Of a stretch of DNA of 64,000 nucleotides, positions 13,276 to 23,700 are shown one piece after another. The DNA is taken from NCBI GenBank assembly GCA_000708835.1, contig DF236967.1, positions 310,001 to 374,000 of the forward strand, given 5' to 3'. The notes beneath the pieces were generated by a model. It saw only the letters and a list, made by a program, of their open reading frames with translations, searched no databases and was not told where the DNA came from. The first letter of the stretch is position 1. Each line of letters opens with the position of its first letter. This DNA is from Klebsormidium nitens (taxonomy: Eukaryota; Plantae; Klebsormidiophyceae). A program made the translations under genes and the position numbers.

Positions 13276-15033
13276 ATGGCTAGCAAAGTGCAGGTTGCTG
13301 AGATTCCGTCTGGTGGCTCGGAACCAAAGGGAAAGGCAGGTCCTCCTCCATCCAAGAGCGATTTCCCAGCTACTCCTGCTCAGTCCGCTGAGAAGGTGCA
13401 GCAAGACAAGCTGGGGGACACCGTGAAGCCTGAACAGCACGAAGGTGAGTGCTCAGCTACTGGGTGAATATGTGGACCCTCAAATGTGGTTGTCAAAGAG
13501 GACTGTTTGTGATTGAGGAATCTTCAAGAGGTTGCCATCGCCTATCACACACTGGCTTCAATCAGTCGTTTTCTAGGGAACCCCTCTTTCGCATGCACTC
13601 AGTAGAATTCTATTGACAAGGGTGCAACCTTGAGATATCCAGGGGTTGCGAAAATTCTGGGATGTCTCGAGCTAGCAAGTTGCCAAATATGACGGTTGCA
13701 AACATTATGGAATAAGAATGTTTTGACAATGTATTAAGAGCACGTAGATGGGTAAAGCAGGTGTCTCTATGGAGGGGACCTTGTCCCAATGAGATTTTGG
13801 GATGGTCAAATCTACAAAACAAGCACAGGTAGCATTAGGTGCTGATTATGCCAATGCAACACACTTGAAGGTTTTTGCACGCCAGCCGTCCTTGCCTATT
13901 GAGTCGTTGGTTTGCCATTTCATATATGCAATTTCTACGACTTATTCATGGCCATGTTGTGCTTTAAGATTTTTATCAACCATGAATGTACTTCCTTGTA
14001 ACACAAGACTCTTTCCTTGGTGTTGCAGCATCAAAGCTCGGCGGAAAGCCAGGAGAATTGAGAGAACTGGGTGGAAAACCGGTCACATCAGAGGATGCTG
14101 CACACATTGCTGCAGCGGAGGCTGCTGCTGGAAAGTAAGAATTGATGATTCTTTCCTACAATTTTTCTAACAATAGGTTTAGGGTTTTAGGGTTTTGGGG
14201 AATGAGGATAAGCTAGAAAATCGTGGCAATCTATGCTGCTACTGATGGATGCTTTTGTTGATGAAGAAGGGCCATTTCTGATTGCACCTGGCGCATCTTG
14301 GGGATGGCTGACTTGGTCTTACACATGGCTGCGTACAAGCTCCCAAAAAGCATTCTGTTGGTGGACTTGATATTCAAATGCTATGGGCAATTGACAGTTG
14401 CGAACCTCTTCTTGCTGGCTTTGAAGTATCTTCGCTCGCTGCAAAACAGATCGATGCATTGTGCTTTTTGCTTCCGAAGCTGGTGAAGATGGTCACAAGA
14501 GACAGGAGAAAGTGATTTGCAACCTGACTGACCTTGCAGAATCAAAGGAGCTGTTGGAGGACTTGGTCCAGATTCCTTGCTTTGACGTCCTTCTTCTCAA
14601 CAGGTCTACCGGAGCTGGCAGTCTAGCTGCAAGGGCCCAATCTGCAGCGGCTGCCAATGAGAGGGAGGGTGCTCAAGGGAGCCAGCAGACCTCCAAGCCT
14701 AGTGCAAACGGTGCTTCCAAGCGGGATGCCCCTGAGGCGCTCAGCGACAAGCCTGGGGAGAGGCAGGCAGACAAGAAGAGGGACGTGACAGAGCCGAAAG
14801 TGCACTACTACAAGGAGAAGGAGAGCAAGGAGGAGGACGAAGGCGGCATCTCCTATGCGTCAGCACTCAGGCGGCCAAAGGAGGAGGTTGAGGTTGAGAG
14901 GCGGGAGGAAGCAGAGAGGGAGAACGGCCTCCGGAAGTGGCTGGTCCCGGGAGCAGTGGCGGTCCTTGTGGTCGGGGTGGCGGTCGTAGTTGTCTCGGCC
15001 TTCTCAAAGAATAAGCAGCACAGCAGCAGGTAG
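13276..15033 (+). CDS. 234-aa hydrophilic protein with one SMP (seed maturation/LEA D-34-like) motif and a C-terminal transmembrane tail anchor; 3 exons
   Basis: Exons 13276-13444, 14029-14134 and 14604-15033 join in phase (705 nt) with GT-AG ends. They give ..GGKPVTSEDAAHIAAAEAAAGKSTGAGSLAARAQSAAAANE.. and end in WLVPGAVAVLVVGVAVVVVSAFSKNKQHSSR*. Confidence 0.75.
14175..14200. repeat. Short TTTAGGG/TTTTAGGG telomere-like (telo-box) run in intron 2 of the SMP-like gene
   Basis: AGGTTTAGGGTTTTAGGGTTTTGGGG read directly. Confidence 0.6.
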
Positions 15034-17141
15034 GCCAATCACAAGCGCCTAGGAGAAGTGACTCCGTCACTGCCATGTAACATAAATCATCTACAGCAGT
15101 CTGTGTTCTTTTGCCGTTGGTTGGGACTGGCCCTCAGCAGGAGTGTTTTGCAGACTTAGGTATATACGTACAGCGGTTAGTCAAGTGATTAACGTTAATA
15201 TTCTAACACAGACTGTGATTTTCTCAAAAACGCGTGAGATCCAGCTCAAACGATGCTTTCCAGGTACTTACTTCTCACATGCTGTTTCTTCAATCGTGTG
15301 TGCAGACGCTAGGCTAGGCTTAGTTATCGAAGTGGGATCACTTGTAGAAAGTCAGCGGTGAAAGGCGAGAGTCGAACGTGCATGTAGGCTCATGAAAGCT
15401 ACTACTAGCGGCCAGGCCTAAATGGTCCTGGAGCGATTGATGTGACATGTTTTCGCAGTGTTTCGAAAAGACAGGGCACGCCATTAGCCGCTTGAAACTT
15501 CATCTTATCAGATGCCTGCAAATCAATGTGCTGCTCAGCTCTTCAACCTTCGTAACCGGGCAGACGGATCTGCGTTGCCAAACCAAGAAGGGAAACCATC
15601 TGACCCATATTTTGCGAATTGCATGCCATCATTCGATCATTAGAGGATTATACCATGATCTCAAAATCCCTGCACATCGCTGCATACTGGGGCATGGCGC
15701 ACGCTATATGCCGCGACGGTGCAAAACAAACAATATCGGCATGTTAATTCCCAACTACCATGACGAATGCATCGGCATGGTTGTATGCAACAATTGCTGT
15801 CAACTTACTAACCGGGTTGGCATGCATTGATCGATTTTTAAGCATCACCCGCGCCAGCTCCGCCGGTGATTGAATGCAACATGGTTTTCGCCGAGTCCAA
15901 TGCATTGAACTTGAAGGGCCTCAGTGCATGGGCCAGAACGCATAAACTGCATTGTTTCGCGCACATGGTCATTACATCCGCCGTACCTAGATATAGAGTT
16001 GGATCAAATGGTGGCCCATGTACTTTTGATTTGTATACCACCATGAGCCACAAGGCCTGAGCAATTTAGTAATGCTCTGGTTAGTAATTAGTTGCACACC
16101 GGGGGGAGTTATAGTACCGTCATGGTCGCAAAAATAAGGATTCGAAGGGGGCTTGAAGACACATGTCCAAGCTTGAGACGCTTGGACATACGTGGCCATG
16201 GATACGTCAGACCACACTTGTCAGTATACCATTGAATTCACTCAGTGATCAAATTCGATCCGTGTCAGTGATCGTTGAGGAGGCGGTCGTACTGCAATCA
16301 ACGTTTTTACATATTGCGCATGTGTGACGATGTGTGCAAGCTTCATTGCTTTTGCACGAACTTTAGTACGTAGTAGTCTATAACAAGCGGCATCGAACTA
16401 GAGAGACACGCTTTTGCACGACCATTACGGGCGGCGTCCAATCAGACGGTTCCGACAGCCGCGCATGTCCCGCCCAGTCACTGTAAGCTTAGTCAAACTC
16501 AAAGCTGCGAGATGCACAAGCCTGCAAGTTGCCGCAGCGGCCGTCGGATGCGGTTTGCGGAGTAAAGGATTGGAGCAGCGACCTCCGACTCATTGTTAGA
16601 GTACTTTCGTGTTGCCTGCTGAATTTAGGAAGTAAGTTGGGGTCGGCACATATTTGGCGTGTCAATCCGGCAGCAGATCATGGCAGGTTCTGAGCGCCAT
16701 TGACCACTTAATCTTGTGATATATCGACTCTTTTCTTGCGAGTGATAGACTCCCTTTGGTGAAGAGCGATGACAATCGCATAAGTGTTCTGTTACACAGC
16801 CAAAGATCTGGCACGAGCCATCGATTCCGCTGAGGGATCATCAGCAGACCCTGCACACGATCTGAAAAAGCTGACAACAGGATTCTTGACTGATTTCTTT
16901 CCTAAAAAGAGCACTTCCGCACCTGGCATCCATGGACTAAATCGAGGACCTTCGACATCGCAGAAACCCTACATGCTAGCGCTGCAGACCGCGAGCTTGT
17001 GCAACAGGAACTTGTCAGAAAGAGCACCGAATCCCAGCTCAAGAGATCGCCCCTCTGCAAAACCCTTTATGTTTGCACCTAACGCATTTGAACACGTTGT
17101 ATCGAACCCCAAACCAGATATCACCTTGATTGCGCGCCTTT

Positions 17142-19545
17142 TTAAGGCACCAGAATCGCCGTCGCGCCCCCAAGGCGGCCTTCCCGCATGGCCGCCAGCG
17201 CCTCATTCGCCTGCTCCAGTGGGAACACCCTCGTCCTGGTGTGAACGGGCACCTTCGGCGCGAGTTCCAAGAACTCCCGCCCATCTTCCCTCGTTACGTT
17301 CGCCACGGACGCCACCGTCCGCTCGCCCCACAAAATCTCGTACGGGAAGCTCGGGATGTTCGACGTGTGAATGCCCCCCGCGATCACGGTCCCCCCCTTT
17401 TTGACGGCGCGCAGCGCGGCCGGGATGAGGGAGCCCACGGGGGCGAAGATAAGTGCGGCGTCGAGCTTTTCCGGGGGGGTGGAAAGCGAGCTGCCGGCCC
17501 AGTGCGCGCCCAGGTCGAGGGCGGTGCTCGGGTCGCCGGGCCGGGTAAAGGCGTACACCACGTGGCCGTCCTTGCGCAGGACCTGACGGGGGGACGTTTG
17601 AGTAGCTAGGAACGCGGGGTGGAAGATCGAGACCTGAGTGCCGTTTGAAGGTTCGCTCGGGAGACAATAATTCTTTTGTTCTGGCTCCCGGTTGAAGAAT
17701 GAGGGTCGAGAAGAAGACAATGGCTCAGGATCACGTGAAGGCAATATTAATCGAGCATGCATCTCTCTAAGAATCAGTTGATTTCATGCTGTATTTGACG
17801 TGCAGAGACGCAACTTGGGGCGGATCGAACCATAATATGCCCTCTTAAACCTGTTGCGGCACCGTGTTAAAACCCGGTTATCACAGCTGGTCTGCCTTCA
17901 ATTTCCTGAATTGAGAAGACCCTGGCGTCGCCCACTGATTCGAGAGACTAAAGAGAACAAACCCCCTCAAAGAGACGGAAGGTGACAAAGTACCTACCTG
18001 GGCCACAATATGGCCTGCCGCCCCAAAGCCGTAAATCCCGACCGTTTTGGTTCCTTGGTCGCCGCCAATAAGCCCCGCTTTCCGGAGACAGCGGTAACCG
18101 ATCAGGCCGGGGCACATCAGCGGGGCGGCCGCCAGGTCACTGTACTCCTCGGGGATGCTGTAGCAGTAGCGGGCGTCCGCTACGGCGTACTCGGCATAGC
18201 CACCGTCAATCTGTCATTTGAATGTATCGAGTTTGGCTGTCTGCGCACGATCGATCAGCACGAGTCAGAGACACAAAGGGGAGGAGGGCTTCCTTTCGAG
18301 GGGAACAGATAATCATATGGTCTCTGAACTGTGTTGCGATAATCTTTCAATTAGTCTTTTGATTGGGTCCAAAATTTGACTCCAAAGCTCTGGGCAGCGC
18401 GACTGATTCCTGTCTGAAATTGAGTCGTTCGTTGGTTCTGTGTTGTACCAGTGAAATAATCGTATTCTTCGAAGGTAACCAAGTATTATGATAACTCGTC
18501 AGCCGACATAGCAATCAAGATTTCAAACTCGACTCTTCAGTAACTAGTAAGCTCGATGATCCACAAAGCGGTCACAAAGCTCACCTGATAGCCCGTGAAC
18601 TTGGCATTGTCGCACAAGTTCTCCTTGCCCGCTCGACAGTACTCGCACAGACCACAGGTCCAGCCCAGCCAGGGCACACCCACCCGTGCACCGACTGAGA
18701 AGTTTTCGACACCAGGCCCAATGACATCAATATTGCCGACGATCTCGTGACCAGGAATGATGGGCAGCTTGGGGTCGGGCAGTTCTCCATCCACCTGCAA
18801 AGGCATACAATGAAAAACGAGGTGCTTTTCAATTGGGGCAATTCAACAGGGGGGCCGTCAAGAAGGGGGGGAAGTAAGACATAGGGCCCATCAGAAAGGG
18901 GGGCCAGTAAAAGGGCCGCCGTGAGACAAACAGGAGGGTGACGGGGGGGCAGCCAAAAAAGGTGGCAGTAAATGGGTGTTTCTTTTAGATAGGGGGGACA
19001 GTGAAAGGGAGAATACGGAAAACGAGGGCCATCAGGAATGGGGGAATAAAACAGGGTGGCTTTTAGGAAGGGGGGGCAGTAAGAAAGGGCAGTCAGACAG
19101 GGGGGGACATGAAATCAGCGGAGCGATGAGACAGGGGGCTGCTAGCAGAGAGTGGTTGGAGTGACCAGCTGACCCAGAAAGAACAAGCATCTATGTGACC
19201 ATCGAGGGCTGCCCACCAAGACTATCCAGCAGCAGCTTTCATCGACAGATCATGTGTGACCCAGTCTACCGCACAGATTTAGTGCAAGGTGCTAGATCCT
19301 GTAATGCAGGCCTCGCAGTCCAAAACATTGGAAAGTGTGACATCTGAGGGGCGCCGCTCAGAGCTCACCAGGTGCAGGTCCGTTCTGCAGACTCCACACG
19401 CCGTCACTCTCACTCGCACTTGGCCAGGCCCGGGTTGAGGCGCCGGGACTTGCTGCATTTGTAGGGGGGTTTTGGGGGTTGGCAGCACCATCGCCCGCAT
19501 GCATGCTCCTTGCGGCCGGTCGGAAGCTGCACCGAAATCTTCCAT
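17142..19545 (-). CDS. Zinc-dependent alcohol dehydrogenase (MDR superfamily), bacterial AdhP-like 'zinc-binding ADH family' type; 4 exons
   Basis: Exons 19500(or 19545)-19369, 18794-18585, 18210-17998 and 17582-17142 give 331 aa from MRAMVL. Motifs: GVCRTDLH, PGHEIVG, structural Zn site CGLCEYCRAGKENLC, GGYAEY, APLMCPGLIGY, GIYGFGAAGH, AALIFAPVGSLIP, GGIHTSNIPSFPYEILWGER. Confidence 0.93.
18846..19140. repeat. Low-complexity G-tract / degenerate minisatellite in ADH intron 1
   Basis: Repeated runs of 5-7 G with spacers such as CAGTAA(G)AAAGGG. Confidence 0.6.
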
Positions 19546-19975
19546 CTTCTTCACAACCGCTTGGTTGAGAGGGGAGGTAAACCTAGCTGGGCGCTCTCGA
19601 AAAGGTGCTGCAGAAGACCTTCCCTGGGACTAATCCAATCTCATCCTTCATGCCTTGCAAGTTGCATGACCTGGCGAGCAGCAGGCTGCAGACACCAGTG
19701 ACCAGAGTCCAGACGGACGGTCCGACAGTCGAGACTAGAGCTGTTCTCAGCACCGTACGATCCTCATCGACGGTCATGGGGAAGTTCCTTCCCAACCCAC
19801 GAAAATTGGAGAATCAAGCAAGTATATAAGCGCTCGGATGCTTCAAGCCCAGGCAGTCTCCGCGTGATTACGGTCTCAGTATATATACGCCTCGCCTTTT
19901 ACTAGACGTATCACGGCCATAATCACACTACGCGGATTTTACCAATTTTTCAGAGCCTCGAAAGAGGCCATCACT

Positions 19976-20103
19976 CATCCAACCCCATACGTCTCACCAC
20001 AACAAATCATTCACTCTTCTCTCAAACCTCATGCCCACAAATCCAACCCCATCCGACTCTTCATGCCCACAATCGAGCCACAATCCAACCCCATCCGACT
20101 CTC
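19976..20103. repeat. Short direct repeat ATCCAACCCCATCCGACTCT (2 exact copies plus 1 variant) upstream of ADH
   Basis: Copies near 20041 and 20084; variant ATCCAACCCCATACGTCT near 19977. Confidence 0.7.
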
Positions 20104-20711
20104 ATATACGTACCCGAAGCATCCTCCATGCCTTCCCACAATCATGCTCACATACATTTTCTTCCACGTGCAACCTTCAACATTCCGTTCATGACAACTC
20201 AACTCCGACGGCAATATACGATCGATCAATCCGGATTCAATACCAGAAACGATCAAGTCCATCTCTTATTTTAGCTATAGTAAGACTCAGCGCCGCTGCC
20301 CACCGCATTGAAGGCGGCCATGGCACATTGCTCATATTCAAGTTCAATCTTACCGGCACTACCAAAAGTCTTCTTGTGCTGCGAATCTGGTCGCGTAGAA
20401 TGGCGTGGACAAACATTGCAAGATGTGGCAGTGTATGCGCAGTAAGCTACCTCTGTTTTTACTGCTCTGCAAGTTGTTCGAAGGCAACCATCTTTCTTGC
20501 GACATGACCACAAAACCGCTTCCCTTCGATGACAGATTTGCAAGCATGTTTCGATGATCAATAGCATGGCCAGGTCAAAGATGCTGCCATCACTTTCAAG
20601 CCAACCTCGTTGACGAAATACGAATCAAAAACGTGCATAAATCTGATCACGAACAGATACCGAAGGCCACCGCCTGGTAATGACGTGGAGAGCAAGTGCC
20701 CATCTTATTAG

Positions 20712-23700
20712 TCAAGATAGTACAAGCTGCCCCAAGTCGGGGATTTGGGATAATGTCCGTGTGCTACTTTGTTGCATTGACGACTGCGGCGCGGGATGCC
20801 GGTTGAGGATGCCTCGACCAAAGTACTCCGCAATGACCGAGAAGCCGTCGTCCGAGTTCTGCATGTCAACGTCCACAAACTTCGAGGTGCATCGTTCGAA
20901 AAGAAGTCGACAAACAAAAGGACAACCAGCATGCATCGCTCTGCAAAGCTCACCTCAACAGCATCTTCTCATGGGGCTGCATTGTATGAAGTAAAGAGAC
21001 AGGGCACGAGGAATATGCTCAGAGGATGAAGTAAGACATACCTGAACTAGCTGGAAGAACCGGTCGTGGTCGTTGCTATTCTGGTCCAAGCTCTTCTTCA
21101 TCTGCGGCAAAGGAAGCAAAGAATGGAGAACCTTGAGCTACGCAATGGTTTTCGCTTCGGGAGAAATGCCCACAGAAGCCAAGCTACATGTTCTGCCAGG
21201 ACCGGCAAGGACACTCGCCGTCCGTGCAAGTGCAACTGAACACAAGAAGAAACGACAGCCCTTTTAAACATTCCAAAGATTGTGCAGAGTGCAAGCGCAA
21301 CCGATGCAGAATGACAGCTCACGGCTCGACCGCCAGCTCTGAAGCGACTATCATCCAGAATCGCATTCCAGTTCTCGAGCCCGGCTTCCGGCTCTTCGCC
21401 CAACCGGCCTTCACCGCTATCCTTTGACGGACATCGCTCCGACCAGTATCGAACGTATTCGCCGTTTTGAATTGGAGCATCATCCTTTCAAAGCAGCATC
21501 AGCGCTGAGTCCACATTCGATGTTGGCAGGTTCCAACAACGAACGGAATGGGCTCATATAATCGGACGTAATACTGGCTGCGGGCGACAGCAGAAGAAAG
21601 AACGGGTGCCTTTCTTACTAAACCAAGCCCAGAGCCGGACCGGAACCGCTTTGGTACGCACCTCAAGAACGGTGCGGTTCGCAGGCGCGCAGACGGGGCA
21701 CTCCTTTTCGTTCTCTCCGAGGCAGCGCTGGTGGAAGGAGTGCATGCACAAAAAGTGGATGGCCGGCAGGTCGAGCGCCGACGTGCACGCGGTGCACTTG
21801 GTGTTCTGGAAGATGCGCGCGGCCGAGCGCAGCTCCGCCACCTCCGCGCGCATCGCGGCCGTCTCCTCCTGCGAAACAGAGACACGTGTCTCGTTGAGGA
21901 TTTGAGAGTCTCTGGCCAGGCAGGAAGTCGGTTGCGATCATTTGATGAAGTGCCCGTAGTGGCCGTCTCCTCCTGCGAAATGGAGACACGTGTCTGACTA
22001 GAATTCGAGAGCCCTATGGCCAGGCCGGAAGTCGCTGCAGTCATCTGAGAGGTGTCCATAAAGGCCATTGCATCCCGCAAAGCGAAAGACGAACTCTAGG
22101 GCGCCTGCCTTTGTGACAACGTGGAGGACTGGTATGGCCAGCCCGGCAGTTGTTTCCATCACTTCTGACTTGCAAGTCGCGTGCGGGTCAAAGCCAGCGT
22201 GGTCACGTACACTGCGCTTCACGAGAAGGTTGCTTTTGGAGAGTATCTGCTTTCTTGAGGCTCGATGCTTGGCCTATTCAGTCCAGAATCCTCTTGCAAG
22301 ACCGACGCATTGCAAGCTGCAAAAAGTTGCAGTACTCATTGGGGACGCGGAAAGTTTGAAATCCTGCAACGCGGATACAAAGTCAATACAGCCCTTGCCA
22401 CTACCGAGATAACGTTCCAGCCCGTGACCCTCAACGCAAAGTTATGGCAGCCCTTTAAATCGACGCGCACAGACAGGCCCCACGGCCGCCCCCACCTTGT
22501 ACTTCTCAATTGCCCGCCGGTCCTCCTCAATGGCGCGCGTATCCTGCGCGATTTGGCGCGCCACGTAGTCGCGCACTGTGGCCAGCTGGAGGTGCGGGTT
22601 CAGCGCCAGTTTCTGGAGCACGATAAGCGGGGGCAGCAGCCGGTCGCGCTCGACCACCTCCAGCACCTCGCGCACCTGAAGAAAGTGGGGTGACGATGAG
22701 TTGACGCGGCCGCTAAAGCGTAGGCGTGAAGCTTACCAAGGGACCAGGCCAGCGCTGGGTTTTGAACACAGAGTTCCACGTCGGCATGTTGCTTGAGAGC
22801 AACTGACGTGCCGAGGATTTGCCAACAAGAAAAATCCAACGAAAGGTAAGAAATCTGTCGACCAAGGTGATTGATAATCAACACGTCAGAACCGAAACGT
22901 TCGCCAACTTCAAATTACGGTAGCCACAACGGAGTGATAGAATCTTGACGAAGTGAAGTGAGGTCTTAGCGAGGGCCAGTCTTGTCAGCGCAGCCAGAAA
23001 CGAATTTAACGAAGCTGTGAATGAGTAGCCGGGGGCATTTTCCTTGGCGGCCGAGAGACTTGCCCCTGTGTACATTGTTTCTGCCCCCAAGATCTGAAAG
23101 AGACGGGCAGAGCCTATCTTCTCTCAACAAAGGCTTTCACGTACCTCCTTCTCGCAGTCGGGCCCGCCCTTCTCCCCAAAGTACGTCAGTACGTCGGTCC
23201 ACAGGTTGGGGTCGCCCCCCCGGCTGGCGGTCCCGAGCCGCCGACAGCACGCGATCAGGCCCGCGTGGTCACTGTCCGCCATGTACGACGCGATAACCTG
23301 AAACGTGGGAGAACACGTTAACTTCTAGCCCTGAACAAGGGAATCCGCGTGAAGTAGAGCAAGGTCTGCGGCTTCTCACTCAGGAAACTCAGAAAAAGCT
23401 TCTCTGAAACGGGGGGTTTTTCAATCAAGTTGAACTTCCAGAAGCTTTCGGTTGTTTGCAGTACAAGCAACCTGGAAGAAGTGGAACAGGAGTAAACGGA
23501 GGCGGACACAAAGCGAACACAAACGTGACGTCAGGCTGACCTCCTTGTAGAGCCGCATCTTCTCGTAGAGGAACAGCCGCCCTTCCCGAAACCCGTGCAT
23601 CTGACACAGGACGACCGCAAGATCCGGGTCGTACTTTGGCTGCGGTTCGTGGGGGGGCCACCCGGCTTTCAGCAGCGCCAGCGCCTTTTTCAGCCGCTCT

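Noticed and set aside
15600-16217. Possible decayed PIF1/Helitron helicase on the - strand (ITGGAGAG resembling Walker A, later IVCFAPS)
   Set aside because: The Walker A Lys-Ser/Thr is absent in frame, the pieces lie in different frames with stops, and no Walker B (DE) could be found. The similarity is too weak without a translated search.
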